This document shows positions 30,793 to 40,284 of a stretch of DNA of 53,979 nucleotides, piece by piece; within the stretch, counting starts at the first letter, position 1, and every line of letters starts with the position of its first letter. Origin of the DNA: Candidatus Binatia bacterium. Its GTDB lineage: Bacteria > Methylomirabilota > Methylomirabilia > Rokubacteriales > CSP1-6. The DNA lies in the NCBI GenBank assembly GCA_035574035.1, contig DATLZL010000429.1, forward strand, positions 1-53,979, written 5' to 3'. A program made the position numbers and the translations under genes. The notes under the pieces were generated by a model that searched no databases, was not told the origin of the DNA, and saw only the letters and a list, made by a program, of their open reading frames with translations.

Positions 30793-31753
30793 CCTTCTCC
30801 TTGAAGAACTTCTCGGCGCCGGGATGCAGCGGGATCGGCATGCCGGCGAGCGCCGTCTGCAGGGTCAGGTGCTTGGCCGCCGCGTGGGCGGCGTGGAACT
30901 GCGCGAGGTTGTCGAAGATCGCCTTGGTGAAGCGGTACACGAGGTCCTCGGGCAGGTCGCTCCGCGCCACCATCATGGCCATGACCGCCGGCGTCTGCAC
31001 GTCCCGCTCCTGCCCCTTGTAGGTGTTGGCGGGGATCTTCTCAACCGTGTAGAAGGGATACTTCTTCCTCAGCGCCTCGGCCTCGGCCGGCCCGACCGGC
31101 ACCATCATCGCCTTGCCGGAGATGAAGGTATCCACGATGACGGCCGAGTTGAGGCCGGTGGTGAAGAAGGCTGCATCGGCCCGCCCGTCCTTGATCTGGT
31201 CGGCCGCCGCCGCCGCATCGATCCGCTCGGCCCGACCGAGGTCGGATTCCTTCAGGCCGTGCACCTCGAGGATCTGGAGCGCGTTCTGCTCGGTGCCCGA
31301 GCCCTGAGGTCCCAGGATCACCCGCTTGCCCTTCAGGTCCTTCACCGACTTCACGCCGGATGCCTGGCTGGCCACGATGTGGACCAGCTCCGGGTAGATC
31401 GCGAACACGCCGCCCATGTTCTTCACCGGCTTGTCCTTGAAGGCCGCCAGGCCGGTGCCGTTGTACGCGTAGTAGGCGATGTCGTTCTGCAACAGGGCGA
31501 AGTCCGCGTCACCGGTGCCGATGAGCTGAGCGTTGGCCACCGACGCCCCGGACGACTCGACCGTGGCCCGGATGTTGAGGTCTTTGGCGTTGTAGGCGAT
31601 CCGGGACATGGCCCCGGCCAGGGGATAGTACACGCCCACCACCCAGCCGGACGCGATCGTCACCAGCCGGCGCTGCTGGGCCCGCAGCTCTTCGGGGGCG
31701 AGCAGAGCCACGATGAGGGAGAGGACGAGGGTCATGACGGCGGTCCGCTTCAT
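30779..31753 (-). CDS. TAXI-family TRAP transporter solute-binding receptor
   Basis: The internal ATG at 31753 is preceded by an AAGGAGGG RBS. The signal peptide is MKRTAVMTLVLSLIVALLAPEELRAQQ. The TAXI signature is TIASGWVVGVYYPLAGAMSRI. Confidence 0.88.
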   Translation of the reverse strand: MKRTAVMTLVLSLIVALLAPEELRAQQRRLVTIASGWVVGVYYPLAGAMSRIAYNAKDLNIRATVESSGASVANAQLIGTGDADFALLQNDIAYYAYNGTGLAAFKDKPVKNMGGVFAIYPELVHIVASQASGVKSVKDLKGKRVILGPQGSGTEQNALQILEVHGLKESDLGRAERIDAAAAADQIKDGRADAAFFTTGLNSAVIVDTFISGKAMMVPVGPAEAEALRKKYPFYTVEKIPANTYKGQERDVQTPAVMAMMVARSDLPEDLVYRFTKAIFDNLAQFHAAHAAAKHLTLQTALAGMPIPLHPGAEKFFKEKGVGR

Positions 31754-31786
31754 CGAGCCCTCCTTGGGACACCGAGCGTGCTGGGA

Positions 31787-31815
31787 ACGATAGGGCACTC
31801 AAGGGCGGCGGTCAA
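31787..31815 (-). promoter_or_regulatory. candidate sigma-70 promoter for the TAXI receptor/DUF1850 operon
   Basis: On the minus strand the element is TTGACC-N17-TATCGT, ending 33 nt upstream of the ATG at 31753. It overlaps the upstream start proposed by the ORF track, which supports the shorter CDS. Confidence 0.4.
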
Positions 31816-31839
31816 GGTGCCGATGGTACACTGCCGACC

Positions 31840-33924
31840 GTGCCGGCCCGGCTGGGCGTCGACATCGGCGGCACCTTCACCGACCTCGTCCTGGTCGACG
31901 AGGCGACCGGAGCGGTCCATGTCGGCAAGGTGCTGACGACCGCCAAGGACCCGGCGCACGGCGTCGAGCACGGCATCCAGGCCCTGCTCGACGAGGCGGG
32001 CCGGCGGCCGGCCGATGTGTCGGCCGTCGTCCACGGCACGACGCTGGCCACCAACGCGCTGATCGAGCGCAAGGGGGCCCGCACCGGGCTCCTCACCACG
32101 GCCGGCTTCCGGGACGCCCTGGAGATCCGCCGAGAGGGTCGCTACGACATGTACGACCTCTTCATCGATCCGCCCGCTCCGCTCGTGCCCCGGCACTTGC
32201 GCCAGGAGGTCCCGGAGCGGATCCTGGCCGACGGCCGCGTCCTCCGGCCGCTCGACGAGTCACGGGCCCGGGAGGTCATCCGGGGCCTGGTGACGGAGGG
32301 CGTGGAGGCGATCGCGATCTGCCTGCTCCACGCCTACGCCAACGGCGAGCACGAGCGGCGGCTGGCCGCGCTGGTCCGCGAGGAGGCTCCCGGCGTGGCG
32401 GTCTCCTGCTCGTCGGAGGTCGTGCCCGAGATCCGGGAGTACGAGCGGACTTCCACCACGGTCGCCAACGTCTACGTCATCCCGCTGATGGCGCGGTACC
32501 TGGAGGACCTGGAGCGCCGGCTGCGGGAATCGGGCCTGGCGGGTGAGGTCTACATCATGCAGTCCTCGGGCGGCATCGTCCTGCCCGCCGAGGCCCGCCG
32601 CTTCCCCATCCGGCTCGTGGAATCGGGACCGGCGGCCGGCGCGCTGGCGGCGGCGCGTGCGGCCCGCCGGGCGGGCGAGCCGCGGCTGCTGTCGTTCGAC
32701 ATGGGGGGCACGACCGCCAAGGCGTGCGTGATCGACGGTGGAGAGCCGCTGGTGGCACGGGAGTTCGAGGTGGCCCGGGCCGACCGGTTCAAGAAGGGTT
32801 CGGGACTCCCCATCCGGGTGCCGGTCATCGAGCTGATCGAGGTCGGCGCCGGCGGCGGCTCGATCGCGCGGGTGGACCGGCTGGGGCTTCTGAAGGTCGG
32901 CCCCGACTCGGCGGGGGCCGACCCGGGGCCGGCGTGCTACGGCCTGGGGGGCCGCCTGCCGACGGTCACCGACGCCGACCTCCTGCTCGGGTACCTGGAC
33001 GCGGAGTTCTTCCTGGGCGGCCGCATGCGCCTGGACCGAGACGCCGCCGCCCGGGCCGTGGAGGAGTACGTCGCGGCGCCCCTGGGGCTGGACGTGACGG
33101 CGGCGGCGTGGGGCATCCACCGGGTCGTGAACGAGAACATGGCCGCGGCGGCTCGCATCCACGGCATCGAGCGCGGGCGAGACCTGCGACGGTACCCGCT
33201 CTTCGCGTTCGGCGGGGCCGGCCCGGTGCACTGCTGGGCCATCGCCCGGATCCTGCGCGTGCCGCGCATCCTGGTCCCGTTCGGGGCCGGGGCGATCTCG
33301 GCCTGGGGACTCCTGGCCGCGCCGCCGGCGTTCGATTTCGTCCGCACGCACCGGACCCGGCTGGACCAGGCCGACTGGGTCGCCGTCAACGCGCTGTTCG
33401 AGTCGATGGAGACCGAGGCCCGGGCGCGGCTGGCCCGGGCCGGTGTGACCGGGGCCGCGGTACGGGTCCGGAGGGTGGCCGAGATGCGGTACGTCGGGCA
33501 GGGCCACGAGGTCGAGGCCGAGATCCCTCTCGGAACGCTGACGGCGGCAAGCGTCGCGCCCATCACCGCCGCGTTCGAGGCGGCCTACGAGGCGCTCTAC
33601 CACCGGCGGCCCCACGGTGTGCCGGTCGAGGCGCTGAACTGGCGTGTCACCGTGGCCGGGCCGGCGCCCGCGCTGGACTTCGGGGGCGCCCGCACCGCGG
33701 GCGGGTCGGCGGCTGCGGCGGTGAAGGGTCACCGACCGGCCTTCTTCCCTGAGACCTCGGGCTTCGTGCCCACCCCCGTCTACGATCGGTACGCGCTCGG
33801 GCCGGGGGCGGAGCTCGCCGGGCCGGCCATCGTCGAGGAGCGGGAGTCGACGACCGTCCTCGGGCCCGGCGCCCGGTGTCGCGTGGCCGACGACCTCGCC
33901 CTGGTAATCGAGATTTCGCGATGA
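31840..33924 (+). CDS. hyuA: hydantoinase/oxoprolinase family protein, A subunit (ATP-dependent hydantoinase / oxoprolinase / lactamase / carboxylase family)
   Basis: VPARLGVDIGGTFTDLVLVD...FDMGGTTAK... are the two actin-like ATPase motifs of the Hydantoinase_A family. The protein is 694 aa and the start codon is GTG. Confidence 0.9.
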   Translation: MPARLGVDIGGTFTDLVLVDEATGAVHVGKVLTTAKDPAHGVEHGIQALLDEAGRRPADVSAVVHGTTLATNALIERKGARTGLLTTAGFRDALEIRREGRYDMYDLFIDPPAPLVPRHLRQEVPERILADGRVLRPLDESRAREVIRGLVTEGVEAIAICLLHAYANGEHERRLAALVREEAPGVAVSCSSEVVPEIREYERTSTTVANVYVIPLMARYLEDLERRLRESGLAGEVYIMQSSGGIVLPAEARRFPIRLVESGPAAGALAAARAARRAGEPRLLSFDMGGTTAKACVIDGGEPLVAREFEVARADRFKKGSGLPIRVPVIELIEVGAGGGSIARVDRLGLLKVGPDSAGADPGPACYGLGGRLPTVTDADLLLGYLDAEFFLGGRMRLDRDAAARAVEEYVAAPLGLDVTAAAWGIHRVVNENMAAAARIHGIERGRDLRRYPLFAFGGAGPVHCWAIARILRVPRILVPFGAGAISAWGLLAAPPAFDFVRTHRTRLDQADWVAVNALFESMETEARARLARAGVTGAAVRVRRVAEMRYVGQGHEVEAEIPLGTLTAASVAPITAAFEAAYEALYHRRPHGVPVEALNWRVTVAGPAPALDFGGARTAGGSAAAAVKGHRPAFFPETSGFVPTPVYDRYALGPGAELAGPAIVEERESTTVLGPGARCRVADDLALVIEISR

Positions 33925-35534
33925 GCCGGCCTCTCTTCGATCCGGTCACGCTCGAGATCGCCTGGAACCGGCTGATCGGCGTCGTCAACGAGCAGGCCAC
34001 GGCGCTGCAGCGCACGTCGTTCACCTCCATCGTGCGGGAAGCCGGCGACCTGTCGGCCGGGGTCTTCGACCCCCGCGGCTTCATGGTGGCCCAGGCGGTG
34101 ACCGGGACGCCGGGACACATCAACTCGATGGCCCTCGCCATGAAACACATCCTGGCCGAGCACCCCCTGCCCACGCTCCGGCCCGGTGACGTGCTGATTA
34201 CCAACGATCCGTGGAAGACGTCGGGACACCTCAACGACGTCACGATCTGCACCCCGGTGTTCCGGGGCGACGAGTGCGTGGCCTTCTTCGCCTCGACCTG
34301 CCACACCGCCGACATCGGCGGTCACGTGCTCTCGGCCGAGGCGCGAGAAGTCTACGAGGAGGGGCTCTTCATCCCCATCCTCAAGCTCTACGAGGCCGGC
34401 CGCCCGAACGACACCCTGATGGCGATGATCCGGGCGAACGTCCGGCTGCCCGACATGGTCCTCGGCGACTTCCATGCCCAGGTGGCCGGCGGCGCGGTCG
34501 GGGGCGAGCGCTTGCTGGAGTTCATGGACGAGTTCGGCCTCGAGCGCCTGGAACCCCTGGCCGATGAGATCATCACCCGGACCGAGCGGGCCATGCGGGA
34601 GGCCATCCGCGCCATCCCGTCCGGATCCCACGAGTACGCCATCACCTCGGACGGCTTCGACGAGCCGATCACGATCCGGGTCCGCTGCCAGGCACGCGGC
34701 GACGAGCTGTGGATCGACTACACAGGCACGTCGCCCGCCAGCCGGCGCGGGATCAACGTGGTCATGAACTACACCGAGGCCTACACGACGTACGGCGTGA
34801 AGGTGATCGTGAGCCCCGACGTCCCCAACAACGAGGGGGCCTTCCGGCCCCTGCACATCAGCGCGCCCGAAGGCTGCATCCTCAACGTGCGGCCGCCGGC
34901 GCCGGTGGCGGCCCGCCATGTCATCGGACACTTCCTGCCCCACGTCATCGCCGGCGCGCTGGGCCAGGCGCTGCCCGGGCGCGTGATGGCCGAGGGCTCG
35001 GCGAACATCTGGGGCGTGCAGGTCTCGGGCCGGGACGAAGCCGGCCGGCCCTTCACCCACGTCTTCTTCTCGTCGGGCGGCACCGGCGCCCGCCCCGTCC
35101 GCGACGGCCTGAGCGCCACCGCCTTTCCTTCGGGCGTGCTGGGAACCCCGGTCGAAGTGCTGGAGGCCGCCGCGCCGCTCGTCTTCGAGCGGAAATCGTT
35201 GCGGGAGGACTCCGGCGGCCGCGGCAAGTACCGCGGAGGCCTGGGCCAGGTGATCGCCTTCCGGGCGCGCACGTCGGAGCCCTTTCTCTGCTCGATCCTC
35301 TGTGACCGGGTCCGCCACCCCGCCAGAGGCTTCCAGGGCGGCGAGCCCGGCGCCCGGGGTGAAGTCTTGATCGGCGGCGTGGCCCCGGCCAATCCCAAGG
35401 CCGAGCAGCGCGTGCCCCCGGACACGGCGGTGGAGCTCCGCTTGCCGGGCGGCGGCGGGTACGGTCCCGCGCGGGAGCGTGACCCCGAACTGGTCGCCCG
35501 CGATCTCCGGGAGGGTTACGTCACCACTCCCTGA
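33921..35534 (+). CDS. hyuB: hydantoinase B / oxoprolinase family protein, B subunit
   Basis: The ATG overlaps the hyuA stop (ATGA). MSRPLFDPVTLEIAWNRLIGVVNEQATALQRTSFTSIVREAGDLSAGVFD... is a typical Hydantoinase_B N-terminus. The C-terminus contains ...GGRGKYRGGLG.... Confidence 0.9.
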   Translation: MSRPLFDPVTLEIAWNRLIGVVNEQATALQRTSFTSIVREAGDLSAGVFDPRGFMVAQAVTGTPGHINSMALAMKHILAEHPLPTLRPGDVLITNDPWKTSGHLNDVTICTPVFRGDECVAFFASTCHTADIGGHVLSAEAREVYEEGLFIPILKLYEAGRPNDTLMAMIRANVRLPDMVLGDFHAQVAGGAVGGERLLEFMDEFGLERLEPLADEIITRTERAMREAIRAIPSGSHEYAITSDGFDEPITIRVRCQARGDELWIDYTGTSPASRRGINVVMNYTEAYTTYGVKVIVSPDVPNNEGAFRPLHISAPEGCILNVRPPAPVAARHVIGHFLPHVIAGALGQALPGRVMAEGSANIWGVQVSGRDEAGRPFTHVFFSSGGTGARPVRDGLSATAFPSGVLGTPVEVLEAAAPLVFERKSLREDSGGRGKYRGGLGQVIAFRARTSEPFLCSILCDRVRHPARGFQGGEPGARGEVLIGGVAPANPKAEQRVPPDTAVELRLPGGGGYGPARERDPELVARDLREGYVTTP

Positions 35535-35567
35535 TCTGCCTGACTGGCACGGCGTTGAACCCCCCCC

Positions 35568-35904
35568 GTGGCCTACCCCTTCCCCCGCCCGCGGGAGCCC
35601 GCCGGCGGCCCGGAGCCGCCGCCCCAGGAGGTCCCGGTTCCGCGGCCGTCCGTCCTCGTGCTCGCGCGCCTCGGCATCACCGCCATCGCGCTGTACCTCT
35701 ACTACCTGGTCGCCCGCCCGTTCCTCCCGGCGCTGGCCTGGTCGCCTCCACCTGCACACGCTCACGGCCCTCTTCGGCGTCGCGGGCGGGGTGGTGGCCT
35801 TCGGTGCCTCCGGATTGGTGATCGGGCCGGTGGCCCTGGCCGTGCCCCAGGGACTCCTCGGCATCTGGCGCCGGCGCACGCGGCGGCGGCCGCCGGCCAC
35901 ATGA
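35568..35904 (+). pseudogene. remnant of an AI-2E/PerM-type permease gene (N- and C-terminal pieces only, in different frames)
   Basis: One frame (from 35568) gives ...PSVLVLARLGITAIALYLYYLVARPFLPALAWS, then degenerates. The +1 frame from about 35750 gives LHTLTALFGVAGGVVAFGASGLVIGPVALAV...* ending at 35904. These resemble the first TM region and the last Gly-rich TM region of AI-2E family transporters, with roughly 300 residues missing between them. Confidence 0.45.
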
Positions 35905-35932
35905 GGGCTCGGCGGCACGCGTTTCGCACCTC

Positions 35933-36343
35933 GTGGGGCACGTGGCTCGCAAGGCTCGAGGGCAAGGCAAGAGTCCGAAGGAACCCCGGCGACGACGCGG
36001 GCGCCGGACCGAGGCGGCGCGGCGGGAGGAGGAGGCGCGCTCGGGACCGCCGCCGCGCGAGGCCACCATCCTCCGTTCCGACCGGGAACGCCAGGCGGCC
36101 GAGGATCTGGACCGACAGACGGCGAGCAGTCCCCGCCTGAGCGGTGGCGACATCGACGCCGACTGGCGCCGGGGCGATGTCGGCGAGGAGGCGGTCGGCG
36201 GCAGCGTCGCCACGCCGGACCAGGACGTGGTCGACGAGCTGGGCGAGGCGTGGGGAGTCCCGCGGGCGCCGGACGACGAGGTGCGGACCTCGGGCGAGAT
36301 CCTCGAGGAGCGCGACCGCTACCGCCGGGAGCAGGAAGACTGA
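35933..36343 (+). CDS. DUF6335-like conserved hypothetical protein (start uncertain)
   Basis: The C-terminal half LSGGDIDADWRRGDVGEEAVGGSVATPDQDVVDELGEAWGV...DDEVRTSGEILEERDRYRRE matches a conserved motif (GGD[IV]DA.W...GEEAVGG...TPDQDVVDE.G.A.G) that I recall from the DUF6335 family. The N-terminal half is basic and probably disordered. Confidence 0.55.
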   Translation: MGHVARKARGQGKSPKEPRRRRGRRTEAARREEEARSGPPPREATILRSDRERQAAEDLDRQTASSPRLSGGDIDADWRRGDVGEEAVGGSVATPDQDVVDELGEAWGVPRAPDDEVRTSGEILEERDRYRREQED

Positions 36344-36346
36344 GGT

Positions 36347-37696
36347 TTAGAGCTTGCCGTACTCCTTGAGCCGGCGGTAGATCGTCCGCCGCGAGATGCC
36401 GAGGGCGCGGGCCGCCTCCTCCTTGTCGTTGTCGAACACGGCCAGCGCGCGCAGGATGAGTTCCTTTTCCACCTCGGCCAGCGTGGGCACCGCCTTGGTC
36501 GCCACCGCCGGCGTGACCAGGGGGCGGGCCGCGAGGCTCGGCAGGTCGGCCAGCGTGATCTGCTCCCGGGCCCCCATGGCGAAGGCCCGCTCGATCAGGT
36601 TCTCCAGCTCGCGCACGTTGCCGGGGAAGTCGTAGGTCATCAGGGCGTTGAGGGCGTCGGGGCTGATGCCCCGGACCTCGCGCCGGAACCGCTTGCTGAA
36701 CCGCCGGAGGAAGTGGTTCACGAGCGCCGGGATGTCCTCGCGCCGCTCCCGCAGCGGGGGCAGCTGGATGCGGATGACGTTGAGGCGGTAGAAGAGATCT
36801 TGCCGGAAGCTCCCCGCCTGCATCGCCTGCTCCAGGTTGCGGTTGGTCGCCGCGATGACCCGCACGTCGACGGGATAGGCCTTGGTGGAGCCGACCGGCC
36901 GGACCTGCATCTCCTGCAGCACGCGGAGGAGCTTGACCTGCAGCTCGGGCGGCAGCTCGGCGATCTCGTCGAGGAAGATCGTGCCCTCGTTGGCCCCCCG
37001 GAACAGACCGACGGCGTCGGCGACCGCACCCGAGAAGGCGCCGCGGACATGGCCGAAGAACTCGGACTCCAGCAGGTCGCGGGGAATGGCGCTGCAGTTG
37101 ACGGGGATGAACGGCCCCTTGGCCCGGGCGGACAGGCGGTGGATCGCCGCCGCCACCAGCTCCTTGCCGGTCCCGCTCTCGCCCTCGATCAGCACCGGGG
37201 AGTCGGTCACCGCCACTTTCCCGATGATCTCCTTGACCCGCTGCATCGCCGCCGACCCACCGATCAGCTCGTTGACCGTCAGCTCCTCGCCCAGGCGCTG
37301 GCGCAGCGTCGTCACCTCGCCGCGCAAGAAGCGGCGCTCCATCAAGCGCTGCATCAGATGCCGCAACTCGTCGAGGATGAGGGGCTTGGACAGGTAGTCG
37401 AAGGCGCCTTCCTTGAGCGCCTCCACCGCCGAGGCGATCGTCGGGTAGCCGGTCATGACCACCACTTCGATCGATTCGTCCTGGGCCTTGATCTGCTTGA
37501 GCAGCTCGAGCCCGCTCATGTCCGGCATGCGGATGTCGGTGAGCGCGGCGTCGAACACCTGGGTGCGGATCAGCTCCAGCGCTTCCGTCGCGGTGGCCGC
37601 CGTCGTCACCTGGTAGCCCCACTGCGTGAGCGCTTCCTTGAGGAGGAGCAGGATCGACGTCTCGTCGTCGACGACCAGGACCCGGGCGGGCTCCAT
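36347..37696 (-). CDS. sigma-54-dependent response regulator (NtrC family), no adjacent kinase
   Basis: The REC domain reads VLVVDDE...ALTDIRMPDMSG. The AAA+ domain has Walker A GESGTGKE and a variant GAFSGA loop at 37025-37042. The C-terminal Fis HTH reads AARALGISRRTIYRRLKE. Confidence 0.9.
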   Translation of the reverse strand: MEPARVLVVDDETSILLLLKEALTQWGYQVTTAATATEALELIRTQVFDAALTDIRMPDMSGLELLKQIKAQDESIEVVVMTGYPTIASAVEALKEGAFDYLSKPLILDELRHLMQRLMERRFLRGEVTTLRQRLGEELTVNELIGGSAAMQRVKEIIGKVAVTDSPVLIEGESGTGKELVAAAIHRLSARAKGPFIPVNCSAIPRDLLESEFFGHVRGAFSGAVADAVGLFRGANEGTIFLDEIAELPPELQVKLLRVLQEMQVRPVGSTKAYPVDVRVIAATNRNLEQAMQAGSFRQDLFYRLNVIRIQLPPLRERREDIPALVNHFLRRFSKRFRREVRGISPDALNALMTYDFPGNVRELENLIERAFAMGAREQITLADLPSLAARPLVTPAVATKAVPTLAEVEKELILRALAVFDNDKEEAARALGISRRTIYRRLKEYGKL

Positions 37697-37820
37697 CGTG
37701 TGAAAACCTTAGCACGGTCGGGTGTCAAAGTGACAAGAATAATGGGCGGGCCCGGGCTTGCGTCACATCGCCGGCGATGTTAGCGTGTTCCTTGACTTTT
37801 CGACGACGGGGAGCATGTTC

Positions 37821-38150
37821 ATGGCTGATGCCACAGGGGTCCACCTGACCGAGCAGAACTTCGACGAGGCGCTGGCCGCGAATCACGGGCTCATGATGGT
37901 GGACTTCTGGGCCGAGTGGTGCGGTCCGTGCCGGGCGATCGCCCCGGTCCTGGAGGAACTGGTCCGGTCCTCCGGGGGACGCGTCACGCTGGCCAAAGTG
38001 AACGTCGACGAGAACCCCGGGCTGGCGGCGCGCTACGGGATCCGCTCCATCCCGACGATCCTGTTCGTCAAGGGCGGGAAGGTGGTCGATCAGGTGATCG
38101 GCGCCGTGCCCAAGGCCCAGCTCCAGAAGAAGCTGGAGGCTCTCGCCTGA
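37821..38150 (+). CDS. trxA: thioredoxin
   Basis: The WCGPC active site is present and the 109-aa length is typical. The ATG at 37821 follows a GGGGAG RBS with a 7-nt spacer. The track start (TTG 37758) and the ATG at 37815 are less likely. Confidence 0.92.
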   Translation: MADATGVHLTEQNFDEALAANHGLMMVDFWAEWCGPCRAIAPVLEELVRSSGGRVTLAKVNVDENPGLAARYGIRSIPTILFVKGGKVVDQVIGAVPKAQLQKKLEALA

Positions 38151-38266
38151 CCGACACCGCCAGAGGGGCGGCCTGACGTATTAGTACCGGCGGTCCAGAG
38201 ATTCCGCCGCTGTCACCGACCCGCGAGGAGTTCCGCGCGCTCGCGGCCCGGGGCAACCTTGTTCCG

Positions 38267-39711
<1,445 letters not shown>

Positions 39712-39715
<4 letters not shown>

Positions 39716-40284
39716 TCCTGGTCATCGACAACTACGACTCCTTCACGTACAACCTCGTGCAGTACCTCGGCGAGCTCGATCCCGACCTCCGCGTCGTCCG
39801 CAACGACGAGATGGATGTGGAGGGGCTGGCGGCGCTCGGGCCGGACCGGATCGTCATTTCCCCGGGCCCGGGCACCCCCGATCAGGCGGGAGTCTCGGTC
39901 GAGCTGATCCGGCGGATGAGCCCGCGCGTCCCGATCCTGGGCGTGTGCCTGGGCCACCAGGCGATCGGACGCGCCTTCGGCGCCACCGTGGCCCGGGCCG
40001 GGCGTCAGATGCACGGCAAGACTTCGTCCATCCGCCACGACGGCCGCGGAGTCTTCGCCGGCCTGCCGAACCCCTTCGAGGCCACCCGGTACCACTCCCT
40101 GGCCATCGTGGCCGACACCGTGCCGGCCGACCTGGAAGTCACGGCCTGGGCCGAGGACGGCGAGATCATGGGCGTCCGGCACCGGGCCTACCCGGTGGAA
40201 GGCGTGCAGTTCCACCCGGAGTCGATCCTGACCGTGCCCGGCAAGGCCCTGCTCGCGAACTTCGTGCGGCATGACGGCCGGTGA
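39712..40284 (+). CDS. trpG: anthranilate synthase component II / glutamine amidotransferase
   Basis: [22 protein letters not shown]...PILGVCLGHQAIG...GVQFHPES is the class-I GATase Cys-His triad context. The ATGA overlaps the trpE stop. Confidence 0.92.

Noticed and set aside
31807-31822. A sigma-54-like element cGGCACcttgaccGCc on the minus strand upstream of the TAXI receptor gene
   Set aside because: The -24 half is good, but the -12 half (CCGC rather than TTGC) is poor. The same DNA contains a more convincing TTGACC-N17-TATCGT sigma-70 arrangement. GG-N10-GC occurs frequently by chance in GC-rich sequence.
33780-37715. A 1311-aa ORF on the minus strand, the longest in the track
   Set aside because: The translation is Arg/Pro/Gly/Ala-dominated with no recognisable domain. 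The ORF runs antisense to hyuB and in an alternative frame to the clearly real sigma-54 activator (36347..37696). Stop-poor antisense frames like this are expected in GC-rich DNA.
37747-37762. A possible sigma-54 -24/-12 element (cGGgccCgggcTTGCg) upstream of trxA, divergent from the orphan activator
   Set aside because: Only the GG and the TTGC match, and the flanking -24 positions deviate from TGGCAC. A housekeeping thioredoxin is an unlikely RpoN target. I kept it only as a note inside the activator finding.
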